From Deltaproteobacteria bacterium (GTDB taxonomy: Bacteria; Desulfobacterota; Syntrophia; Syntrophales; UBA6807), in contig JAFGWZ010000003.1 in the NCBI GenBank assembly GCA_016936905.1, forward strand, positions 1 through 59,300: 59,300 nt of DNA. Reading direction: 5' to 3'. The position numbers and the translations under genes were made by a program. Position 1 is the first letter of the stretch, and each line of letters opens with the position of its first letter. The notes under the pieces are model-generated. The model worked only from the letters and a program-made list of their open reading frames with translations, had not been told where the DNA came from and searched no databases. Shown piece after piece: positions 26,379-34,898 of the stretch.

Positions 26379-27452
26379 ATGGAAATTAAAATTAGGACAG
26401 CGGCTCCGGGACAGATGAAACAGAAGCCGACGGATGAATCCCAACTGGGATTCGGAGGAATTTTTACGGATCATTTCTTCATCGTCGAATACACGGAGGG
26501 AACGGGGTGGCACGATGCATCGATCGAACCGTATCGGCCGTTGCCCCTTGACCCCGCCGCCATGTGCCTCCATTACGGCCAGCTTATTTTCGAAGGAATG
26601 AAGGCATATCGCGGGAAGGACAATTCGATCTATCTCTTTCGGCCGGACATGAATATCGCACGGATGAATGCCTCTGCGGAGAGGCTGGTTATGGCCACGA
26701 TCGACCCCGATCTTTTCAAGGAAGGCCTGACGAAGCTCGTCCTCCTCGAGAAAGACTGGATACCCCGCAGCAGCGGAACGTCCCTTTATATACGGCCGAC
26801 GATGGCGGCGACGGAAAAGGCGCTTGGCGTCCACCCATCTTCCGAATACCTGTTTTATATAATCCTCTGCCCTGTCGGCGCATACTACCCCCAGGGATTC
26901 AGCCCAACCAAGATCTACGTGAGCGAGGAATTCGTCAGGGCGGTCCGGGGCGGCGTCGGCTACTGTAAGGCAGCGGGGAATTATGCCGCAAGCCTCTACG
27001 CCGCTGAAAAGGCAAAAAAAATGGGATACACCCAGGTTCTCTGGCTTGATGCCGTCGAAAAGAAATATGTCGAAGAGGTAGGAACCAGCAATATCTTCTT
27101 CCTTATCGATGACGAACTGATCACGCCGCCACTGTCGGGAAGCATTCTCCCCGGCGTCACCAGGGAGTCGGTCATCCAGATGGCACGGCACTGGGGAATG
27201 ACCGTGTCGGAACGGCCATTGTCGATGGACGAGATACTCGACGCCCATGCAAAGGGAACCATCCGTGATTGTTTCGCCTCCGGAACTGCTGCCATCGTTT
27301 CCCCCGTGGGACAGATCTATTTCAAGGGAAAAGAATACGCAATCAATAACGGGGAAATCGGCGAATTGACGAAACGGCTCTACAACGAAATACTGCAGAT
27401 CCAGTATGGCGAGAAAGACGACCCCTTCGGCTGGAGGGTAAAAATCGCCTGA
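26379..27452 (+). CDS. ilvE: Branched-chain amino acid aminotransferase (class IV)
   Basis: LGFGGIFTDHFF, HYGQLIFEGMKAYR, SLYIRP, KAAGNYAASL, EVGTSNIFF and LPGVTR are present. The ATG at 26379 is 11 nt from AAGGAGG. Confidence 0.9.
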   Translation: MEIKIRTAAPGQMKQKPTDESQLGFGGIFTDHFFIVEYTEGTGWHDASIEPYRPLPLDPAAMCLHYGQLIFEGMKAYRGKDNSIYLFRPDMNIARMNASAERLVMATIDPDLFKEGLTKLVLLEKDWIPRSSGTSLYIRPTMAATEKALGVHPSSEYLFYIILCPVGAYYPQGFSPTKIYVSEEFVRAVRGGVGYCKAAGNYAASLYAAEKAKKMGYTQVLWLDAVEKKYVEEVGTSNIFFLIDDELITPPLSGSILPGVTRESVIQMARHWGMTVSERPLSMDEILDAHAKGTIRDCFASGTAAIVSPVGQIYFKGKEYAINNGEIGELTKRLYNEILQIQYGEKDDPFGWRVKIA

Positions 27453-27841
27453 TCATGACACTGCGTCGCCTGTTGCCGACTTCTCGGTCGTGACGGAGGT
27501 AACAGGCGATGTCAACTGCCCCGGAGAAAGACATGATGGAAATCGCCGCCCCGACATACATAACCGCACGGTGGCGGTTGATTCGCGAGTTCAATCTCCG
27601 CACACAGAACCAGTAATCCACAACGATGTTTACAAGCCTGTTGATAAACCTGTTGGCGGATTTTAAAAATGTACTGTTGTTTTTGATTTATACCACTTTG
27701 CATACGACTTGGGCACACAATATGTTTTATATATTCAGGCAGTTACGTTATTTACTATTAATTCCCGCACGTTGCCTCGCCACCGATCAGAGCTATCAAC
27801 TGCTTTTGCTACAAAAAACCGCTCACTATCGTCGTCATAGG

Positions 27842-28504
27842 TTGAACCGGCATATCGCGTGGTTTGGTGCGGCCATGATCCTGCTGTGGTGCTGCCCCGT
27901 CCACGCCGGTGATCCGGCCCTGGCGGATGTGACACAACAGATTCAGGAACGCTACGAGCAGACACACGACCTCGATGCCTCTTTTACCCAGCAGGCAACG
28001 ATCAGATCAATCAACCAGACAGTAACCGAAACGGGCCATCTGTACTTCAAAAAACCTCACCGGATGCTCTGGGATTATCATACGCCATCGCCCAAAAAGC
28101 TGGTCATCAATCCCGACAAGGCGTGGCTGTACGTGCCGGAAGACAATCTTGTTTACGTTCAGGATGCCCGGAAGATCCTGTCATCGAAGATGACGGTGCG
28201 GTTCCTGATGGGTGTCGGAAAGCTTCAGGATGATTTTCAGATCTTCTTTGCCGACCCTGGTCGGACAGGTGAAAAAAACACCTACATTCTCCGCCTGGTC
28301 CCCCTAACCAAGGATATGGGCATCGACGAACTCTTCATGACAGTGGACGGCACCACATTCTTCATTACGGATTTCAGTTTTTCCGACATATATGGAAACA
28401 CAACAGCCCTGTCCTTCACAGACATAACAACCAATATAAACCTCCCCGATAAGATCTTTGCGTTCACACCCCCGCCGGGCGTTAATCTCTACGAGGTGCC
28501 GTGA
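27842..28504 (+). CDS. lolA: Outer-membrane lipoprotein carrier protein LolA
   Basis: The mature part DVTQQIQERYEQTHDLDASFTQQATIRS...GHLYFKKPHRMLWDY...KAWLYVPEDNLVYVQ matches the LolA pattern. A TTG at 27842 gives the signal peptide MNRHIAWFGAAMILLWCCPVHA, but the start is uncertain. Confidence 0.75.
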   Translation: MNRHIAWFGAAMILLWCCPVHAGDPALADVTQQIQERYEQTHDLDASFTQQATIRSINQTVTETGHLYFKKPHRMLWDYHTPSPKKLVINPDKAWLYVPEDNLVYVQDARKILSSKMTVRFLMGVGKLQDDFQIFFADPGRTGEKNTYILRLVPLTKDMGIDELFMTVDGTTFFITDFSFSDIYGNTTALSFTDITTNINLPDKIFAFTPPPGVNLYEVP

Positions 28505-28725
28505 GGCCTCGCTGCCGCCTTTCTCTCTGAGACCGTATCCCCGGCATCCCGCCTCTTTTTGAAAGCTTTGCATGTCTTCATTTTATGTCATTCCGAGGAG
28601 CAATAGCAGCGAGGAATCTTAATGATATCAAGATATTCAAGATTTCTCCCCTTGGTCAAAATGATACACGTCGACATTGTACAAAGCTTTCTTTTTCTAC
28701 GCCTGGACGGGAGAGAAAAACATCG

Positions 28726-28950
28726 TTATTTATGACGGAACAGATAAAAAATAAAGGAAAGGAGCGCGCTGACAATAAGGCAGGTCGTTATGGGGAAATA
28801 AAAAGAACCCTTCTTCCCCTTGACGAAAATATCGCCGGGGAGACGGCCCAGCCACGGTATCTTATCCCCCGCAATCAGAATCAGTCCGACACCGGCCACA
28901 ACGAGGCCGATGATGATGAGAATCTTACCGAACTGTGAAAATTCAGGCAT
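28726..28950 (-). CDS. DUF2905 small membrane protein
   Basis: The 74-aa protein reads GKILIIIGLVVAGVGLILIAGDKIPWLGRLPGDIFVKGKKGSFYFPITTCLIVSALLSFIFYLF, which is the DUF2905 signature. Confidence 0.7.
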   Translation of the reverse strand: MPEFSQFGKILIIIGLVVAGVGLILIAGDKIPWLGRLPGDIFVKGKKGSFYFPITTCLIVSALLSFIFYLFRHK

Positions 28951-29014
28951 GCATCAACCTCCTCACGCCCCTTCCCTATCACATCCGCAGTTGGTTCTCA
29001 ACAGCCCCTTGCTG

Positions 29015-30004
29015 CTACGTCCACTGGAACGGCTCCTCCCTGTCAAAATCGGGGACAAGCCGACTCCCGTCGCTTACCTCCTGAACGAAGATATTCCGAA
29101 AGCCCATATCGAGAGCCCTGTCGATTACCTTTTCGTACTCAGTCGCAGTGATCGTTCTGCCAAGAGACGGATGATCCGCAACGGGACGAACGGGGCTGTA
29201 CTGGGCCATGATACTGATCGGGACGGAAAGAGAGATATGGTCCCTGATCAACCGAAGGACATTGATACTGTTTCGGATGTCTCCCGGAAGAACCAGATGA
29301 CGGATAATGACACCCCGCCGGGCAACGGGGCCCTCCATTTCGAGAACGTCGCCGGCCTGCCGGACCATTTCTCCGATTGCCCGCACGGCATAGCGGTGAT
29401 AATCTTTAACTCCTGCATAACGCAGGGAAGCATTGCCGTCGCCGTATTTAAAATCGGGAAGATAAATATCCACCACACCGTCAAGCATCGTCACAATGTC
29501 AGGGAGGTCATACCCGCCGCAGTTGTAGACGAGAGGGAGATTCAGTCCTCTTTCACATGCCCGGCCCAGGGCTTCAATGAGCGGAACAACCTGGGGGGTC
29601 GGGGTCACCGCTTCAATGTTGTGGCAGGACTGTTCCTGAAGGCCAAGCATCATCCGTGAGAGCTCATCAACGGTCACCTCTTTCCCCGCCATATCGTGAC
29701 TGATCTGATAGTTCTGGCAATAGACACATCGAAGATTACAGGACGAGAAAAAGACCGTACCGGCACCGTTTGTTCCCGAGAGGGGAGGCTCCTCTCCGAA
29801 GTGAGGCAGGGCATGGCTTATCCGCAGGGTTCGGGAAAGCCGGCATACCCCGAGGCTTCCCTCCAGCCGGTTCACCCGACATGCTCTCGGGCAGAGGGTA
29901 CATTCCTTCAGACGAGACCGCAACAGGTCATGCAGCCTGTCCAACCTTCCCGTCTTGAAGAAATTCACGTATCCCGGAGTCATGTTACATGGGGTGAACA
30001 ACAT
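29015..30004 (-). CDS. PflX-type radical SAM protein (paralog 2)
   Basis: It has CPRACRVNRLEGSLGVC and SSCNLRCVYCQNYQISH and is collinear with the 16627-17562 paralog. Confidence 0.85.
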   Translation of the reverse strand: MLFTPCNMTPGYVNFFKTGRLDRLHDLLRSRLKECTLCPRACRVNRLEGSLGVCRLSRTLRISHALPHFGEEPPLSGTNGAGTVFFSSCNLRCVYCQNYQISHDMAGKEVTVDELSRMMLGLQEQSCHNIEAVTPTPQVVPLIEALGRACERGLNLPLVYNCGGYDLPDIVTMLDGVVDIYLPDFKYGDGNASLRYAGVKDYHRYAVRAIGEMVRQAGDVLEMEGPVARRGVIIRHLVLPGDIRNSINVLRLIRDHISLSVPISIMAQYSPVRPVADHPSLGRTITATEYEKVIDRALDMGFRNIFVQEVSDGSRLVPDFDREEPFQWT

Positions 30005-31190
30005 TTCGAATCTGTCCGCTCTCGATCATCTCGAGAAATTCTTCACCGAGATGAGCCGACAGTTCAACTGCCCGCCGCCAGTTCTTGATCCTCATGGCGG
30101 GATTATTTACATATTCTTTGAAGTCATTCCTGTCGGGTATTTTTCCCCGGGGCATTTTCTTTACAAACGACTCGGAGGGATGAATTATCAGGACATTGTC
30201 CAGAAACTCCTGTTTCGGCTGTCGATATCTCAAAGATTTATCCAACCATCCCGGGATTATTCGCTCCTGATGATGAAAAAACAACGTCACATCGCCACTG
30301 TCGGCACTGTAGCGTTGATTGATATGATAATCGGTCAGACCTCCATCACGATAGGTACCGTTCGGAGCGCCATAAATGTTCTTTACACCGGCAACAACAA
30401 GGGGGATCGCCCCCGATGCCAGCAGGGCATGTTTAAAATTCGCCTCATGCAATTTGACCGTTTGCCCGACATATTCGTCTTGAAGACAAAACCGTGGCGG
30501 AATGGGCCCGTTATAAAAAACCACCCGTTCAAAGAAACCGTTGAGCCATGACATATTCATCGCATTGGCGAGGAAACTGAAGGCAAGGCCCAATCGCTGC
30601 ACCGTCGCAGCATCATAACCGGTAAGGTTTTTCGCCCGAGCTGTTACAATGGCCAGCCGATAGGAACTGTTCGCCAGGGCAAACGGGATGGCGTCATGTT
30701 CAACATAGGTATCGATAAGGTCGCTCAGTGACTCGAGGACTGACCTGGGGGTAGCGGCCCGGTCAAAAGTCATGGCGATATAGCCTTCTATCAACGAACA
30801 GTAACTCTTGACCGCTTCAGGTTGAACCCATGCGGCAAATCTGAAGGCCCCTGCCGATGAGCCCGCCAGGAGAAGTGGGCCCCTCTGTCCCAGCACCTTC
30901 TGCTGAAGAAGGGTCATGTCAAACCCGCTGGCAATAAGCCATCGCGGCCCCACACCGGGACCGACGTATGTCCGTACCGCATCGAGGGAAAACCCGCCAT
31001 CCTGTATGAACGTGAAGACATTCTTGCCCGCTCTGACTATCAGATCACCCACGTAACCCCTGTACACTCCCCTTCCTTCGCCACTATGCCCTTGGGATGT
31101 CTCAACAAAGTGAATCCCCCGTCCTTGACAGACGTATAAGAACCGATTATAAGATTGTGATGCCGAATCGAGTGATCGTCTCCGTTCCAT
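29985..31190 (-). CDS. Patatin-like phospholipase family protein
   Basis: It has the GxSxG nucleophile elbow (LLAGSSAGAF), the catalytic Asp motif (YRDGGLTDY) and a degenerate Gly-rich loop (FTFIQDGGFS). The true start may be the GTG at 31052. The 3' end overlaps the downstream radical SAM gene by 20 nt. Confidence 0.6.
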   Translation of the reverse strand: MERRRSLDSASQSYNRFLYVCQGRGIHFVETSQGHSGEGRGVYRGYVGDLIVRAGKNVFTFIQDGGFSLDAVRTYVGPGVGPRWLIASGFDMTLLQQKVLGQRGPLLLAGSSAGAFRFAAWVQPEAVKSYCSLIEGYIAMTFDRAATPRSVLESLSDLIDTYVEHDAIPFALANSSYRLAIVTARAKNLTGYDAATVQRLGLAFSFLANAMNMSWLNGFFERVVFYNGPIPPRFCLQDEYVGQTVKLHEANFKHALLASGAIPLVVAGVKNIYGAPNGTYRDGGLTDYHINQRYSADSGDVTLFFHHQERIIPGWLDKSLRYRQPKQEFLDNVLIIHPSESFVKKMPRGKIPDRNDFKEYVNNPAMRIKNWRRAVELSAHLGEEFLEMIESGQIRNVVHPM

Positions 31191-31309
31191 GATGGGCCTG
31201 CCGCAACCATCAGTCCCACCCCGGCGGGGACCGCTGTATTACTGGCAAAGAAAATAAGAAAAATCAACACTATTTTAATACATCAATGAGAAAAAGAAAG
31301 GAACGATGG

Positions 31310-32566
31310 ATGAGTATTCATGATCAGGTCATCGAAATCGCCAAAAACGCACGATCGGCGGCAAACAGGCTGGCAACCATGCCTTCAGAGATCAAAAACA
31401 GGGCCCTTCGTGAGATGGCGGACCGGCTCATCAACGAGAAGGAACTGCTCATCGCTGAAAATGAAAAAGACCTCGCCTACGCCCGGCAGAAAGGAATGTC
31501 AAGAGCCCTGATAGACCGGCTGACCCTGAACAAAACAACCGTCGGCGCCATGGCCGGCGGCTTGAGAGAGGTGGCGGCCCTTCCTGACCCTGTCGGAAGC
31601 ATCACGTCCATGTGGCGGCGCCCCAACGGCCTTCTCGTGGGACGCATGCGGATACCTCTCGGTGTCATCGGCATCATCTACGAATCGAGGCCGAATGTCA
31701 CGGCAGATGCCGCCGCGCTCTGCCTGAAATCGGGCAACGCCGTTATCCTCAGGGGAGGATCGGAAGCAATCCATTCGAATCTTGCCATTGCCGGCATTCT
31801 CAGGGAAGTGCTGGCCTCGACGGGCATCCCCGACACGGCCATACAGGTTATCCCCACAACGGACCGGGAGGCGGTCAACGTAATGCTGACTCTCGAAGAG
31901 TACATTGACCTTATTATCCCCCGAGGGGGGGAGGATCTGATCAGGGCCGTAGTGAATCGTTCGAAGATTCCCGTCATCAAACATTATAAAGGGGTCTGTC
32001 ATATCTTTGTCGATGCGACGGCGGATATCGACATGGCAGTCACGCTCTCCATGAATGCCAAGACCCAGAGACCCGGTGTGTGCAACGCCATGGAAACCCT
32101 CCTGGTTCACAAGGACATCGCCGGATCGTTTCTTCCCCGGATCGTCCGGGAACTCCGAGAGGCAGGCGTCACGCTGAAAGGATGTGAAAAAGCCCGGGCT
32201 ATAATAGGTGACATGGAGGCGGCGACTGAAGCCGACTGGTATGAGGAATACCTCGACCTGATTCTGGCAATCAGGGTAGTGGACGATCTGAATGAAGCGA
32301 TCGCCCATATTGAACGATACGGATCGCTCCATACCGAATCGATCGTCACCAGGGACTACAAGAACTCCCAGCGATTCCTCAATGAAGTCAACTCATCCAC
32401 CGTTGTGGTCAATGCCTCGACACGGTTCAGCGACGGCTTTGAGCTGGGCCTGGGGGCGGAAATCGGCATCAGCACGACCAAGCTTCACGCCTTCGGGCCG
32501 ATGGGGTTGGAAGAACTGACAACGACAAAATTCATCATATACGGCGACGGACAGATCAGAACATGA
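31310..32566 (+). CDS. proA: Glutamate-5-semialdehyde dehydrogenase
   Basis: It has [17 protein letters not shown] and [10 protein letters not shown] (catalytic Cys). It is 418 aa from the ATG at 31310. Confidence 0.9.
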   Translation: MSIHDQVIEIAKNARSAANRLATMPSEIKNRALREMADRLINEKELLIAENEKDLAYARQKGMSRALIDRLTLNKTTVGAMAGGLREVAALPDPVGSITSMWRRPNGLLVGRMRIPLGVIGIIYESRPNVTADAAALCLKSGNAVILRGGSEAIHSNLAIAGILREVLASTGIPDTAIQVIPTTDREAVNVMLTLEEYIDLIIPRGGEDLIRAVVNRSKIPVIKHYKGVCHIFVDATADIDMAVTLSMNAKTQRPGVCNAMETLLVHKDIAGSFLPRIVRELREAGVTLKGCEKARAIIGDMEAATEADWYEEYLDLILAIRVVDDLNEAIAHIERYGSLHTESIVTRDYKNSQRFLNEVNSSTVVVNASTRFSDGFELGLGAEIGISTTKLHAFGPMGLEELTTTKFIIYGDGQIRT

Positions 32567-33213
32567 AATGGGGATTGTTCGGCGGGACATTTGATCCCAT
32601 CCATATGGGGCACCTGAGATGCGCCGAAGAAGTTCGCGAACTCTTCCATCTCGACCGGGTCGTCTTTATTCCTACCGCCCGGCAGCCCCTGAAGACCGAC
32701 CAGGATATAGCCCCGTATGACCACCGTGCCCGGATGGTACAGCTCGCCATCGACGATAATCCGGAATTTGCCCTGTCCGACATTGAACAGCAGCGGGGCG
32801 GCACGTCCTATTCAATCGACACGGTCACCTTTTTCCTGAACGATGTTCCGAAAACACGTGAGCTTTATTTTATCGTCGGACAGGACGCGTTTCACCGGAT
32901 TCAAGAGTGGAAAGACTGGGAAGAACTGCTGCAGCGCTGCCATTTCATTGTTATGACAAGGCCGGGGTATGAAACGGTGGACCTGCCGTCGATCCTCCCG
33001 GAGCGCACCGCCGCGGGCTATGTCTATGACGATCGTTCCGATGAATTCACCGGCCCCTCGGGAACGTCGATCTACTTCCGGCGCCTCACCTTTCTGGAGA
33101 TATCATCAACGGAGATACGGGCCAGACTTATGAAAGAGCAGTCCATCCGATACCTCGTCCCCGAGGCTGTTCATCGGTATATTGTCATGAACGGCCTCTA
33201 TAAAACACCATAA
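32563..33213 (+). CDS. nadD: Nicotinate-nucleotide adenylyltransferase
   Basis: [15 protein letters not shown] (HxGH motif) and ISSTEIR are present. The start ATGA overlaps the proA stop. Confidence 0.9.
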   Translation: MKWGLFGGTFDPIHMGHLRCAEEVRELFHLDRVVFIPTARQPLKTDQDIAPYDHRARMVQLAIDDNPEFALSDIEQQRGGTSYSIDTVTFFLNDVPKTRELYFIVGQDAFHRIQEWKDWEELLQRCHFIVMTRPGYETVDLPSILPERTAAGYVYDDRSDEFTGPSGTSIYFRRLTFLEISSTEIRARLMKEQSIRYLVPEAVHRYIVMNGLYKTP

Positions 33214-33249
33214 CTCTCTTCCGGGACATCCCGGTCCACGGAGCAAATC

Positions 33250-34080
33250 GTGCCATATGACCACGGGGAAAAAGCAGGAAACAAAGGGGACGTGTGGAAA
33301 CATGTGATCCTCCTGTCTGTCATGGCAAAAATCCTCCCCCGCCGGCCGGCGGGGGAGTTCCGCTATTTCGAGACTCATTGCGGAAAGATGTCATATCTCC
33401 TCTCGCCCGGGGGAGAATGGCGGGAGGGCATCGGAAAAGGCTCTAACCCCCGCAATGACGCTGCAGACCACCCCTATTTTCAGCTCCAGGATTGTCCGGC
33501 AGAAATCGGATCGATGTATCGTGGTTCGTGGAGTCTGGTGGCGGCATATCTCAGGAGGAAGGGATACCCGTTTCGATTCACCCTCTGCGATACATCAGAC
33601 GACGTGGGACAGTCTGTCCTGGCATATGCGCCGCGTCCGGCGGAAGCTATTGAGTTTCTGTGCACCGACGGTTTTACGGCGTTGAAGCGGTCTCTTCACC
33701 GGCAGGGTCTGATCTTTATCGATCCTCCGTACACCCCTCCCAAGGTGACCCATGACTGGAAGCACGCCTCCGACATGGCGGCAGTTCTCGCACGGTCGTC
33801 ACTCCCCTTTCTCATCTGGTATCCCCTGGTTGACAAAGACCATCCGCAGATGCTGGTAGATAATGGGAGATCACCGGGATACGAAGTTCAATGGAAGAGG
33901 AAAGGGGGAAAAATCAAAATGGCCGGTGCGGGCATGGTCATGGGAAATTGCGGATCGTTGTTCGACAGCGCGGATTTCACGTTCCTGAAGGGGATGGCGG
34001 TGCGCCTGGGCGGCGGTTTCCATGTCAGGGAGGCCCTGTCCGTCCATTCGAAAAACACCTCGGACGGTCTCATTACCTGA
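33250..34080 (+). CDS. RlmJ-like (DUF519) SAM-dependent methyltransferase, divergent
   Basis: It is collinear with 23S rRNA m6A2030 methyltransferase RlmJ: AGNKGDVWKH (RlmJ has HAGNHADVLKH), ETHCG (THAG), YRGSW (YPGSP), TDGF, LIFIDPPY and IWYPL. It uses a GTG start. Confidence 0.6.
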   Translation: MPYDHGEKAGNKGDVWKHVILLSVMAKILPRRPAGEFRYFETHCGKMSYLLSPGGEWREGIGKGSNPRNDAADHPYFQLQDCPAEIGSMYRGSWSLVAAYLRRKGYPFRFTLCDTSDDVGQSVLAYAPRPAEAIEFLCTDGFTALKRSLHRQGLIFIDPPYTPPKVTHDWKHASDMAAVLARSSLPFLIWYPLVDKDHPQMLVDNGRSPGYEVQWKRKGGKIKMAGAGMVMGNCGSLFDSADFTFLKGMAVRLGGGFHVREALSVHSKNTSDGLIT

Positions 34081-34879
34081 AGAACATGTCATAGAGGGTC
34101 AGCATAATTTCTACGAGTATCAAAATAACGATATACCACTCGACGCGAAGGGTTCGTTTGGCCTGCAACATATCAAGCAGGGTCTGAGCTGTTTTCGATA
34201 TGAGTTCCAGCTTCCGCTCAAGGGCAACATGACGTTCCCGGAGCTCGTATTCATCCTCAAGACGGGCGTAGAGCCGTTCCAGATCGGACCGCTCCCAGAG
34301 AATCTCCGGTTTCTCACCTACCTCGACTCTCCCAACCGTTTTGTGCTGTATAAGCAGCGTGCTCCCGATATGATGGAGAAGCTCCCGGTTCGCGTAACGG
34401 CTTTTCCCCTCGTACTGCAGTGACGCCGCAAGCGGTTCGATTCGATCGAACACCCCGGCGACACGTTCCTCGTAATAGGCAAGGACAACACTTTCGGCAA
34501 GGATCTGGGCAACCACCTGAATTCGTTCAACAGAGAATCCACTCAGCATGATCACGCCGTCCTTATCGATATATTCCTTGCCGCTTTGTTCCCATGAGAG
34601 TTCGGCGTGTTCATGCTCCGGCTCATCAAAGGGTTGACGAACCATGGAAGCCATGTGGGTAAGAAAAGCAGCCTCTTCAACGGGGGCAATGTTGAACAGC
34701 ACAACGGCGCCCCACCGGAACAGGACGGCACATCCGTCATCTCCAGCCGGTATAGTCAGCGGTGATTCGGCAAGACACCGCGTCGTTTCCAGGGCGCGAA
34801 TGTCAAGCCGTTCGCCGAGGAAAAAGGACCGTACCGAGATGGTCTGCCGGTTTGAAAAAAGAGCTTCATCCATGGGCAC
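34073..34879 (-). CDS. RMD1/DUF155 family protein
   Basis: CAVLFRWGAVVLFNIAPVEEAAFL and a C-terminal TM segment (WYIVILILVEIMLTLY) fit the DUF155 pattern. Its 3' end overlaps the convergent methyltransferase gene by 8 nt. Confidence 0.6.
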   Translation of the reverse strand: MPMDEALFSNRQTISVRSFFLGERLDIRALETTRCLAESPLTIPAGDDGCAVLFRWGAVVLFNIAPVEEAAFLTHMASMVRQPFDEPEHEHAELSWEQSGKEYIDKDGVIMLSGFSVERIQVVAQILAESVVLAYYEERVAGVFDRIEPLAASLQYEGKSRYANRELLHHIGSTLLIQHKTVGRVEVGEKPEILWERSDLERLYARLEDEYELRERHVALERKLELISKTAQTLLDMLQAKRTLRVEWYIVILILVEIMLTLYDMFFR

Positions 34880-34898
34880 ATCCTGTAGCTTCTGAATG

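Noticed and set aside
27343-27621. A 92-aa minus-strand ORF downstream of ilvE.
   Set aside because: Its 3' third overlaps the ilvE coding region. It is Arg-rich with no recognisable domain.
28587-28619. The sequence GTCATTCCGAGGAGCAATAGCAGCGAGGAATCT resembles a short interspersed repeat that I recall seeing in many bacterial genomes (translating as …SFRGA…RNL…).
   Set aside because: There is only one copy in this window and only a weak 5-bp stem (ATTCC/GGAAT). The resemblance comes from memory and cannot be verified without a genome-wide search.
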